NCBI RefSeq assembly: GCF_018350175.1
Contig: NC_058368.1
Span: 15,750,001 to 15,814,000 of the forward strand
Direction: 5' to 3'
Source of the DNA: Felis catus
Lineage: Eukaryota
DNA length: 64,000 bases
Part shown: positions 1-13,300 of the stretch, in pieces
Position numbering within the stretch: position 1 is the stretch's first letter
How the letters are laid out: each line of letters begins with the position of its first letter
The notes under the pieces: model-generated
Seen by the model: only the letters and a program-made list of their open reading frames with translations
Told to the model about the DNA's origin: nothing
Databases searched by the model: none
Translations under genes and position numbers: made by a program

Positions 1-538
1 CTTATTATTTTTTCCTCCCAAGTTACTCCAACTTTTGTAGCCCAATAATACAAATTACAAAATGAAGAATTTAAGGTCTTTAGTGAGGGCAGTCACAACT
101 TGTTAAATTTTAAGATACAGTACTTTTCTAAGAGGAATAAAGTTAAAAAAAAAAAAAGGAAAAAAAAAAACCTTTAAATGTACTTAAATGTGCCATTAAA
201 AGAAAAACTAAAGGTAAGCTGAATGGTTCAGAACTGTATCATTTAGAAAAGTTTGCCTTATATCAGAACTGAATGGGGACTCCTGTGTCTTAAAAAGAAA
301 AAAAAAAAATAAGCTGCTTGCATTCTAAGTCAAAGTGAAGTTTACATCCTTTTTTGTAAACTCACTGAGAAAAATAATCAATTCCTAAACGTGTTAATCT
401 TTCACACAGTAAAAAATTTTCTTTCCCTTTGAAAAGAAATTCATTTTTATGAAATTAAACATGAAAGCTTGCTTTTTGCTAATGAGTATGAAAACAAGAA
501 AAACAAAATCTGATCCAGGACAGTTAGTAAAGCCTCAC

Positions 539-598
539 CTGAGCAATTGATTCTTTTTCCAAGTGAGCTCGAGATCCACATGCAATAGCCATTTGGTC
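539..598 (-). CDS. ALG5: ALG5 exon 7 (60 nt)
   Basis: TTCCTCAG acceptor, GTGAG donor; [20 protein letters not shown]. Confidence 0.96.
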
Positions 599-3500
599 CT
601 GAGGAAAAAGCAGTAAAATGATTTGTCAGTATTTGAATATTTGAATATCAATAATCAAATGTGTATTACGCTAAGCGAAATAAGTCAAGAGAAAGACATA
701 TACCATATGATTTCACTCATATGGAATTTAAGAAACAAAACAGATGAACAAATGGGAAGGGGGGAAAAAAGAGGGAAACAAACCACAAGAGACTCTTAAG
801 GACAGAGAACAAACTGAGGGTTGATGGAGGGAGATGGTGGGAGATATGCTAGATGGGTACTAAGGAAGACACTTGTGATGAGCACTGGGTATTGTGTGTA
901 AGTGATGAATCATTGAATTCTACTCCTTAAGCCAATATTGTACTGTATGTTAACTAATTAAAATGTAAACAAAAAATTTTAAAAATAAATATTAATAAAA
1001 ACATTTATTTTCAATCCAAGTATCTCATTTTTTAGACACTGATTTTTTTTTAAAGTCACATTAAATATCTTCAAAGGTTTACTAAGATATTCAGAATATG
1101 TACAGCTTCAAGAAGCCTGATTATACTTACTAAGAGGCCAATATTCAGGGCTAAATATCAGGGGCATGTACAACTTGAAAATTCATATTTTTAAATGATT
1201 TTTCTGATTAAAAACACTGTATCAACATAGTTAGAGGGAAAATAGTGGTATTAGAAAGAAAAGGGTATCTACAGATGGTATGATTATATCTATATAATCA
1301 TTACTTTCTGGAAAATCCAAGATTATCAACTACTATAGTAAAAACTACTACAAACATTAAGGGAATTAAAAAAGTGGAACAAAATGAATATATATCATAC
1401 TTTAGTCTTCATATGTACAAACAATAATCAGAAAATATAATGGAAGACAGTATTTGTAAAGTCAAGAAAGGAAAATCTAGAAATAAACTTTACAAAAACG
1501 TAGCAATATCTAAATAAAGAAAACATGTATATGGTACCAAGGGAAACAAAAGAATCCAACACATAGAAGGGCATACCATGATCATGGATGAGAACATGTG
1601 TTGACAGTATCAAAAAATCAATTCTCCCTAAAATTAATCTTTAAATTTAGTACCCTACTGATAGAAATATCAAAATAATTTTCCATTGAACCAGACAAGC
1701 TAATTTTTAGAGTTAATATTGAAAAATAAAGAACCAAAAGAACCAGGAAAATTCTAAGAATGAGGAATGACTAGCCTTAGAGGATTTAATATACATTATA
1801 AAGCTATAGTAATTAAAACTACAGTACTAGAAAATGAATAGATAAGTCCATGAACCAGAAAGGAAAAGCCAGAAACACACACACCACACAAATATGGATA
1901 TTTAGAATATGACAAAGATGATGTTTTTAAGTAGTGGGTAAAAACTGAATTCATAAATGCTGTGGGACATCTGGGTAGCCACATGGAAACCAAATTAAGT
2001 TGAACCTGGGCCTCATACTGAAAAGTAGGATATATTTCAGATACATCAAAGATTTAAGTGTAAAATATCAGGAATAATTAAAAAACTTTTTTAATGTTTA
2101 TTTATTTTTGAGATAGAGAGAGAGAATGACTGGGGGAGGGACAGAAAGAGAGGAAGATACAGAATCTGAAGCAGGCTCCAGGCTCTGTACTGTCAGCACA
2201 GAGCCCAATGTGGGGCTTGAACCCACAAACTGTGAGATCATGACCTGAGCTGAAGTCGGACACTCAACCGACTGAGCCACCCAGGTGGCCCAGGAATAAT
2301 TTTTAAAATTACCTCAAGGAAAACATAAGTACACAAAATCTAGAAGAAAAGATAGATCAATTTGACAACAATTTTTTTAAAAAACTGTGTAGAGAGAGGG
2401 GTGCCTGGGTGGCTCAGTTTGTTAAGCATCCGACTCTTGATTTCAGCTCAGGCCATGATCTCATGGTTTATGAGATCAAGCTCTGCGTTGGGCTCTGTGC
2501 TGTCAGCACAGAGCCTGCTGGGGATTCTCTCTCTCTCCCTCTCTCTCTGCCCCTCCCCTCGTCTTAAAATGAACTTAATTCTTTTTTTAAATTTTAACAA
2601 AAACCCAAGCATTTTCAAAATTAAAAGACAAATATATTGGGGGGAAATATTGGTAATTTATATTACAGACAAAAGGATTACTTCCAAAATGCTAAAGTAC
2701 TCCTACAAACTATTATAAAAGTACCCAACTCAGTTGGAAAAATGGCAAAGTCTATGAACAGACTGTTCATAAAACAGGAAGTGAAAACTGCTCTTAAACA
2801 ATTGAAAACATCCTCAATCACACTTAAGAGCAAGGCGAACAGTGTTTACTATATGGTGCCTACACACTCTACAGGCAGCAATGTGACAAATGATCAAAAC
2901 TACAAATATACATATAATCTGACCCACCAATTCCACCACCAGGAATTTTCCTGTAAATAAACTTGTATATGTGGGAAAGGACTTTCATTCAGGGTTAATC
3001 ATTTCAGTATTGCTTCTAGCAGCAAAGCAATCCTGTAGATCTATCCAAAGGCATTAGTTATGATATTGTGCAAGCATAAGGAAGCACTCTGCTATATAAA
3101 TGTGGCTCAGTCTCCAAGGTACATCATTAAGTGGAAACAACAGAATAGTAATAGTGTTACAATCTGCATTTTTAAATAAAGAATACTAGGGGCGCCTGGG
3201 TGGCGCAGTCGGTTAAGCATCCGACTTCAGCCAGGTCACGATCTCGCGGTCCGGGAGTTCGAGCCCCGCGTCAGGCTCTGGGCTGATGGCTCAGAGCCTG
3301 GAGCCTGTTTCCGATTCTGTGTCTCCCTCTCTCTCTGCCCCTCCCCCGTTCATGCTCTGTCTCTCTCTGTCCCAAAAATAAATAAACGTTGAAAAAAAAA
3401 AATTAAAAAAAAGAATACTTATAGCATCTTTCAGATGGATATGCAAGAAATAAATAATACTGGTTACTTCTGAGAGTAACTAAGTGACTAAGCTGAGCAA

Positions 3501-6321
3501 TGAAGCGTGGGCCTCCTTTCACTGTTTTCTTTTTATACCATTTGAACTTTAAACCATTCACCAAAATAAACAAAATAAAAAAGTGCATATTGAAAAAAAA
3601 AAATTTGTCAAGCACGTAAATTTACACATAGTAAAACTTTATTATAAAGAGAAAAGTCATGTATAATCTCACTACCTAAAAGCAGCCACTGATAGTATTT
3701 CATATATTTTTTTTGTATTCTTTTTTTTCTCTGCATTTAAAACCATAGCTGAAATTCACCTATGTCATGTTCTTTTCCATTTAAAATAATCCAAAAATTT
3801 CTTATGTTCAAGTTCACTGTTTTGCATAAAAGTAGAGAGAATTGGAAAATGAAGCCCTCATGTACCCACAACGTGGTTCAACAATTATCAATACATTACA
3901 AAAAATTAAAAAAAAAACAAAACCCAATACATGGCCAACCTTGCTTCTTCTACAGCCCCTCATCACTACCCCACTCAACAAATTGGCTGATATTTCTTTT
4001 ACCTGTGGGTTCCCCCTACTTTTTTTTTCTTATACTTATTTGTTGAAGAAACTATGTAACTTGTCTTGTAGACTTACCCAGGTTTTGGATTTTGTTGATT
4101 GTATCCACACTGGTGACATTTATCATGTTCCTCTGTTCCCAGTGTTCCCTGTAAACTGGTTGTTTGGGTTAGAAGCTTGATAAGATTCAAGTTTACTTTT
4201 CAAGAACTTATCATAGCAGTGTTGCATGTCCATCTTTCTTTTTTGTGTCAAGGGCAAGTGCAATATTATATTTCACCACAGAGATTTACCATACTTTCAC
4301 TGTTTGTGTATGTGTTGACTATTTCTAATTTCATGTTTTCAGAAAGGGGCTCAAAAGAACATCTTTGGATATAAAACTCTAATTGTATTTTGGAGTTCCT
4401 TCTTTGGAAAAAGTCATACAAATAGAATACTAAGTTGAAAGTATGAGTGTTTTAAATATATATGAGCCAAATTATTCTTCAAAAAGCTCTTTATATTCCC
4501 ACTAAATGGGTATAATATTGATTACCTCATCCAATCCTTGCCATTTCTAATTATTCTCATTTTAAATTTGCTAATTTTAAAAGGGAAAAATATAACCCTT
4601 TGTGATATAATTTCCTTTTCTTTTTTTAAATTAAATGTTTATTTATTTGAGAAAGAGAGAGAGAGGGAGAGAGAGAGAGAGAGAGAGAAAGGGAGGGAGT
4701 GGAGGAGGGGCAGAGAGAATGGGAGAGAGAGAATCCCAAGCAGGCTGTGAGATGTCAGTGCAAAGCTCAATGCAGAGCTTGATCTTACAACTGCAAAGTC
4801 ACACCCTGAGCCAATACCAATAATCAGATGCTTAACTGAATGAGCCACCCAGGCACCCCTAATTTCCTTTTTTTTTTTTTAACGTTTATTTATTTTTGAG
4901 ACAGAGAGAGACAGAGCATGAACGGGGGAGGGAGACACAGAATCCGAAACAGGCTCCAGGCTCTGAGCTGTCAGCACAGAGCCCGACGCGGGGCTCGAAC
5001 TCACGGACCGCGAGATCATGACCTGAGCCGAAGTCGGCCGCCCAACCAACTGAGCCACCCAGGCGCCCCCCTAATTTCCTTTTTAATGAAAAGGTAAACT
5101 TTGGGAAATTTTACTGGCTATATTTTCTTTTGAAAATTATCTGTTATATATTTTGCCTACTATTTAGTAGTAGGAATAATTTCTTCCCTTCTTTTTCTGG
5201 CAGAGGTACTTTCCTCAGGAAGGGAGAGAAATGCTTGTCTTTATTTTATTTTTACTTACTTACGTATGTATGTACGTGTGTATGTTTTAGAGAGAGCATG
5301 AGCAGGGGAGAGGGGTAGGAAGAGAGAGAAAGAGAGCGAGAGAGAGAGAATCTTAAGCAGGCTCCGTGCTCAGTGCAGAGCCTGACACAGGGCTCAATCT
5401 CACAACCCTGGGATCATGTCCTGAGCCAAAATCAAGAGTCGGATGCCCAACTGACTGAGCCACCCAGGTAACCTGAGAATGCTTTTCTTAAAGAAGACCT
5501 ATATAAAAAGTTCAAATAGTATATGGCAAATAAACTTCAACTTTAAACCCAAAAAGAACAGTAATGTTACCAAGCAATAGGAAAAAACAAAACAAAACAA
5601 ACGGACCTCCTCCCACCTTTCAGAGACTAAATAGCATTAAAATGCCATTTAATTAAACAAAAACAAATAAAAACCAAAAGCTTTCATTTAAAATCTCCTA
5701 AAAGCTTTTAAGAGAATTTTGTTTATCTTCAGTTCTGGTGTAAGAACTGAATCCCTGGTACTAATGTCACTATCGCAAGGAATTCATCTAAACGGCTTTT
5801 AGAACAGTTAGTTATTCTTCAGGAAAAGATAGTCTTGTTTTAAAAACTGCTCATATTAGACAATGTATGTAAACATGGAGTCTCTTTCTTTTATGCCTCT
5901 TTCAGAGTATCACTAATTTTCTTGTAGTATTGAAAAAAATGAATATTTCAGTCACTGAATATTACAGCTAGCTTTTAAAAGTGGTAAATTGGTACCATAT
6001 TGTCTTCTAGAAAGAAATGTTTAATCAGAACTCTGATACTTTTCCATTTAAGTATTTTCTCACAATTCACTGGGGAAAAGGAATAGACTAGAAGAATAGA
6101 ATTGAAGAACTAGGTAGATCTAATTTATACTAACAATTATAAACAGTAACATTAGAATTAGCTCTGAGAATTAAGCATAAGGGCTAACGTTTATAATTAG
6201 AGATGATGGTTATTGAGTGCTGGACATAATGATAAACACTTGACATGCATTTTAAAACATTTTAATCATCACCTCAGGATTTCTTCCTTTTTTTAAATTA
6301 AATGTTCATTTCTTTGAGAGA

Positions 6322-6355
<34 letters not shown>

Positions 6356-9300
6356 AAGGGAGGGAGTGGAGAAGGGGCAGAGATAATGGGAGAGAGAATT
6401 CCAAGCAGGCTCTGAGATGTCAGTGCAAAGCCCACTGACCATCACTGTCCATAGGCTCACTGTCCATATGTCAGTGGTGAGGAAAATGAGGTGGATGGAT
6501 TAACTTGTCCAAGGTCACATGGAATTTGAACCTAGGTGCATTTGAATTCTGAACCCCAAATTAAGAAACCTACTGAAGTGGAAATGGAAATTGGCACAGG
6601 TACTCCATGAGGCAAACGTGACTCCAAATGAGATAGATACATAGAAATGAAGTTGAAACAATTTATGATGAAATCAGTCGTATTCATCCAATATGGGCAG
6701 AAATGGAAAACTTAGCATATAAAGCAAAGTACTGAGTTTAGAAAAATTTGTATTTATTAAAAAATTAAAAAAATCCTATACCCATTTTCCTCAAAAGCAA
6801 TAAAGTTTCATTGTTAAAGATAAACAATAAAATTAAAGAAATATAAAAATTTGAAAAGATATCCATAATTCCACTATCCACAGACAATTCTATAGGTAGG
6901 TAACTAGATATAACTCTAGCTATCTATATATATCCAGATGTTTAAAATTTATTTTTTGGGGGTGGCTGGGTGGCTCAGTGGGTTAAGTATCTGACTCTTG
7001 ATTTCATCTCAGGTCATGACCTCATGGTCCTGAGATGGAGTCTGCATCAGGCTCTGCACTGAGCGTGGAGCCTGCTGAAGATTCTCTTTTTCCCTCTCCT
7101 TTTGCCCCTCCCGCACTTGGGCACATGCTCATGCTCTCCGTCTCAAAAAAATTTTTTTCACCTAGTAGTATACAATGAATAGCATCCTTTATTATAATGA
7201 ATTTAACCTGTGTAAAGTAATATTGAACACTTAAAATTGTTTCTAAGTTTTCCTTCTCTTTAAAAAACACTGCTATAATAAAAAATAAGCAAAAATCCTT
7301 GAAAATTTGTTTTTATACACATTCGTAATTATTTCCTTAAGATAAGTTTCTCAAAGCTGGGTTAAGAGATATGTATTACTGGATCAATGGATGTGAATTA
7401 TTTAAACCTTTCGATTATTATTAAAAAAAATTTTTTTTTCAATGTTTATTTATTTTTGGGAGAAAGAGACACAGTGTGAGTGGGAAAGGGGCAGAGAGAG
7501 AGGGAGACACAGAATCCGAAGCAGGCTTCAGGCTCCAGGCTGTCAGCACAGAGCCTGACACGGGCTCAAACTCATGGGCCATGAGATCATGACCTGAGCT
7601 GAAGTCAGACGCTGAACCGACTGAGCCACCCAGGCACTCCTTGATTTTTTTTTTAAATTTTATTTATTTATTTTGAAAGAGAGAGAGCATGAATGGGGGA
7701 AGGGCAGAAAGAGAGGGAGACAGAGAATCCCAGGCAGGCTCCACACTGCCACTTTGGAACTTGATTCAGGGCTCAAACCGATGAACCAGGAGACCGTGAC
7801 CCAAGCCAAAATCAAGAGTTGGACAATCAACTGAGCCACCTAGGCACCCAAACCTTTGATTCTTACTTTTAACTTGTTCTATAAAAATACTGTATCAAAC
7901 TGCACACTCAACAAATAAATTTGGCAACAAAAGATGCCTAATTATTTTCCTCCTTTTAAATTAGTATATCTTCTCTTGACAATCATGAGGATATTAAATT
8001 TATGAAAATTTTATGTGGTCAGCAAAAATTATGGTTAACATCAAGATTTCAATCTTCTAGAACAAGGTTGGCAAACCATGATTTGTGGGCCAAAAACAGC
8101 CTGCTGCCTGTTTTTTCATGACCTATGAGCAAGAATGATTTTTCAAGTGTTGTTAAAAAAAGAGTATTGCAACAGGGACCACATGTGGTCTATGGAGCCT
8201 AAAATATTTACCCTCTGGTCCTTTAGAGAAAAAGTTTTGCTTTCTCTGTACTTAAGAGATATCCACTTTCAAGCCAGGTTGGTTGGCATTATATACCTGC
8301 TTTGATAGGCAGCTCTTGTCCTTCACAGGTGTGGGAAACATGCTTTGTGATCTGCTGAGACAGACTGTCCTGAAAGGTCAATTACATATACTCTTCCTCT
8401 TTTTACATTTTCAAAACTATCTTCTTAATTTTTCTTTTCTCCCTTGTTTGATTTTCAAAAAGATCTCACCAGAATGCTGGCTCTATAAAACAAATGATTT
8501 GGGAAGTTCAGGGATCTCTTTTGCATGCTTGGTCATCTGAGAGGGTGACACAAACATAAAGGCTCTTGAACCTGCCCATGGTCACAAAAAAAAAAAAAAA
8601 AAAAAAAGGAAATAATAATTGTCACATTCCTGTTTAAGGAAAAAGCCAAACCATGTATACATATATGAAGTTTGGGTGTGCCAAACCCACATTTTGGCCC
8701 AGGACTACTGAATTGAAGACAAAGGAACATTCAGGGCCACTAGGTAGCAACTGCTCCAGACTGAAGGGTGTGTTTGGGTGTGGGGTGGTGGTGGTGGTGG
8801 TGGTGGTTAATATCTGCCCTTATAGTTTTTGTCAATTCAGTTTTACTCCATATCTCTTTCATATGTTACCTTTAATCATTTGTGCCCTTCAAAACCTAAA
8901 AACTAAGTTTGTTGAAACTGTGTCTAAATGAGAATTTAAGATCCAAGTCATGGCCTGAGGAATGACTCTATGGTTAATAGAATGCAGACTTTTTGTCATC
9001 TATTTTACCTGTTCAGGAAGTTTTGATTCTATTGTGAACAGTTACTACTAAACAAGTGATCATCATATATTTTGGCTTAGAAAAATTATTGCAAACCCAA
9101 GCATATTTTATTAAAAGAGGTAACATAATTATTGGTTAAGAAATTGAAAAGCTGGAGCCAAATAGCCAAAGCAATCTTGAAAAAGAAAACCAAAGCAGGA
9201 GGCATCACAATCCCAGACTTCAAGCTATACGATAAAGCTGTAATCATCAAGACAGTATGGTATTGGCACAAGAACAGACATTCAGGTCAATGGAACAGAA

Positions 9301-10284
9301 TAGAGAACCCAGATATGGACCCACAAACATATGGCCAACTAATCTTTGACAAGACAGGAAAGATTATCCAATGGAGTAAAGACAGTCTCTTCAGCAAGTG
9401 GTGCTGGGAAAACTGGACAGCGACATGCAGAAGAATGAACCTGGACCACTTTCTTACACCATACACAAAAATAAACTCAAAATGGATGAAAGACCTAAAT
9501 GTAAGACAAGAAGCCATCAGAATCCTCGAGGACAAAGCAGGCAAAAACCTCTTTCATCTTGGCCGCGGCAATTTCTAACTCAACACGTCTCTGGAGGCAA
9601 GGGAAACAAAAACAAAAATGAACTACTGGGACCTCATCAAAATAAAAAGCTTCTGCACAGCAAAGGAGACAATCAGCAAAACTAAAAGGCAAGCAACAGA
9701 ATGGGAGAAGATATTTGCAAACGACATATCAGATAAAGGATTAGTATCCAAAATCTATAAAGAACTTCTCAAAGTCAACACCCAAAAAACAATCCAGTGA
9801 AGAAATGGGCAAAAGACATGAATAGACACTTCTCCAAAGAAGACATCCAGATGGCCAACTGACACATGAAAAAAATGTTCAATATCACTCATCATCAGGG
9901 AAATACAGATCAAAACCACAATGAGATACCACCTTACACCTGTCAGAATGGCTAACATTAACAACTCAGGCCACAACAGATGTTGGTGAGGATGTGGAGA
10001 AAGAGGACCTCTTTTGCACTGCTGGTGGGAATGCTAGCTGGTGCAGCCAGCTGGAAAACAGTATGGAGCTTCCTCAAAAAATTAAAAATAGAACTACCCT
10101 ACAATCTAGCAATTGCACTACTAGGTATTTATCCAAGGGATACAGGTGTGCTGTTTCGAAGGGACACATGCACTCAATGTTGACAGCACTATCAACAAAG
10201 TATGGAAAGAGCCCAATGTCCATCGATGGATGAATGGCTAAAGAAGATGTGATGTGTATATATACACACACACGCGTGCGCGCA

Positions 10285-10324
<40 letters not shown>

Positions 10325-13300
10325 ACGATGGAGTATTACTCAGCAATCAAAAAGAATGAAATCTTGCCATTTGCAACTATGTGGATGGAACTGGAGGGTA
10401 TTATGCTAAGCGAAATTAGTCAGAGAAAGACAAATATCATATGACTTCACTCATATGAGGACTTTAAGAGACCAAACAGATGAACATATGGGAAGGGAAA
10501 CAAAAATAATATAAAAACAGGGAGGGGGACAAAACATAAGAGACTCTTAAATATGGAGAACAAACAGAGGGTTATTGGAGGGGTTGTGGGAGGGGGGATG
10601 AGCTAAATGGGTAAGGGGCATTAAGAAATCTATTCCTGAAATCATTGTTGCACTATATGCTAACTAATTTGGATGTAAATTAAAAAAAAAAAAATTTTTT
10701 TAAAAAAAGGAAAAAAAAAAAGAAATTGAAAAGCTAGGATAAAAGCTTTGCACTTAAAGAAAAAAGATATACAGATAAAGTATTTGGAACTAAATGTAAA
10801 TCCTATTTTATTTGTGTGTTACACAAAACTCTACCTAAATTACATATATTTAATTTAAAACCTTAAAAGACCTTCTTCAGAGAAGAAATTGCAAGCAACT
10901 TTTCTAAATTCATTAAGAATAATCTGACCAGAACTCTAAGAGGAATTAAAAGTACAAAGTAGTAGTTAATTTCTTTTTGTTGCAATTAAAAATAAAATCA
11001 ACTGAAAAAACATTAGAAGCCATTACAAATGTTCTGGAGAGTCAACACAATGCTGTAAAAGACATTTAACTATTGTCTAGTAGATTAGTACTAGTGGGTT
11101 AGTATCTAGTGGGTTAGTCATGTGGTCATAACAGGACTTCACTACTTTGAAACCCATGTTCTTGTTTCCTTATTTTCAGAACTAGTTCTGAAAATTCTAG
11201 TCAATTTTTATTTGGGCTCAAGGGAATATATGCAAGCCACGTTTATCAGATTCGTGACTTAATTGAGAAGGGAACGGCAATTTCATTAAAGATGGAAAAA
11301 AAGCCCTACACCCTAAGAAACAGAGATCAAATATGCTGATGTTTAATAAAGAGCCACACTTCTGTTCCTAAATAAAACAAGGCAAAAGAAACACAGAAAC
11401 AAAAATAACTGTGCCAGTTTGAGGATAGGGAGACAAGGTTCAATGGCAATGGCACTGCATATGAAAGAGTTGGCTACATGAGGTAATGATGTAAATGCAG
11501 TATAACCAGATCCATGCTAACTGAAGCATCTTCAGTGGAAAATGACCAGGATGATAACAAAAAGAAATATGCTGTTTGAAAATTGGAAGAACTATTGACA
11601 GCTTAGAATAGAGAAGACACATGGAAATCGCTTTAACTCTCCAAAAGGCTGTCACAAAGGAGAAGTAGACTATTTTGTGTAGCTATGAAAAACAGAACCA
11701 ACCAAAGGGGATATCAAAAGGAGGCATATTTGCATTTAATGCAAAAGGGAACTCTGTAACTGAGTTGAGATACATGGGCTGCTTGGGCATCACTACAGCT
11801 ATGCAAGCAAAGACTAAAAGATCACTTGGTAATTATAAAAAGTTTCCAATACTAGATAAATGACTGAATTAGCCCAAGGGTCTGTAATCTATAGGCTGTG
11901 GCCCAAATCTGGCCTGCTGCTTGGTTTTGTAAATAAAGTTTTATTGGAACACAGTATCTAGTATCTAGTATTAGTATCTAGTATTATCTAGGTCTGCTTT
12001 TGTGCTACAGTCAGGGTTGAGTAACAACAGACACTGTATGGCTTTGAAGCTGAAAATATTCACTCTGTGGGCCTTTACAGAAGAGGTCTGCCAACCTCTG
12101 AATTAGATAATCAAGATTTCTTCTAATTCCTCTATGAATGTTAGCTTCAGAGTACAAGTTTGCTGAGTAATGCCCGACTGTTTATGAGTTTTGTCATAAT
12201 TATGAGTAGACAGCATCCCAATTCAAAAATAATTATTACTGAGTTGATCCAGACAGTGGATTTTAGAACTTTGTCACTTCTCTGCCTCCTTCAAAAAGAA
12301 ATATATGATGCATATTGATTAAAATTCTTAATAAACTGAGTTCAAATTCATTCAAGTGAATTGTGATATACTCTTAAATAATTAGACATATTGTGAGGTG
12401 CTGTAGACCAAGGCTGTGAATTAAAAGTTTAATCATCATCAAATGCTTTCATTCTTTAAAACTCGATATTTACAGTAACAACGCAGTAAATTAGCTTATG
12501 ACAATGAAAAGGATGGCATCAGAACTCCTTTCCTTTTCAGAGTTGTATATAGGGAATTGGGATTCACAGAAGGTTCAGATTTTTCTCCTGTTTATTGTTT
12601 GGTTCACCCTCTAACTTTGGCTAAATTATTTAATTTTTCTTTGCCCTACGTAGAATGACACAAAGTCAGCTGCAAACAACCTGACATCTTCCATCCTCCC
12701 TCCCACTCATGGCTCCCCCAAGCTAGAGGCATAATGCATTAGAAACATTTACCAAATCTTTGTCAGTTCTCTGGGAAGGACTAGGGGAGAACTGGGGAGA
12801 ACTAGGATAATCCTCTTGACAATCATGAGGGTATTAAATTTATGAAAATTTTCTGTGGCGTCTCTTTTAATATCATTCTGTTGTTTTGTCCTCACTCTTT
12901 CAAACGCCTGTGTTGCTGAATTATTTTCATTATTTGTTCAGCAAAAATACTTTGGTATGAAGCTTTCTTTTTCTATAGTAATATGTTGGTATAGCTGACA
13001 TTTATTTCATTTTGTCGTGACTAACATGGGTAGCACTTGTACAGTACAAGGGAATTTTCCTTGATACACAGGTATCCCCCGCTTTTCAAAAGTTCTTGTT
13101 AGGCCATGTTGCTTTTATAAAAGACTGACAGTAGCTGTGTCTTAAGGTGTCAGAAAAGCCTAAGGGTGGTTATTTTTTGGGTCAGGGAACATTCAAAAAA
13201 ATTTTCCACATGAATTAATGGTAATTGCTTCTTTGCTTTATGCCATCTGGGCTTACGAATGAGAACACTCTGCTTCTGGATAGCAGGGGAAACCTGTACT

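Noticed and set aside
3189..3270. tRNA-like A/B box sequences
   Set aside because: These are SINE heads, not tRNA genes.
9132..10233. ORFs similar to reverse-transcriptase C-terminal regions (also 57187-57751)
   Set aside because: They are broken LINE-1 ORF2 fragments within truncated L1 copies.
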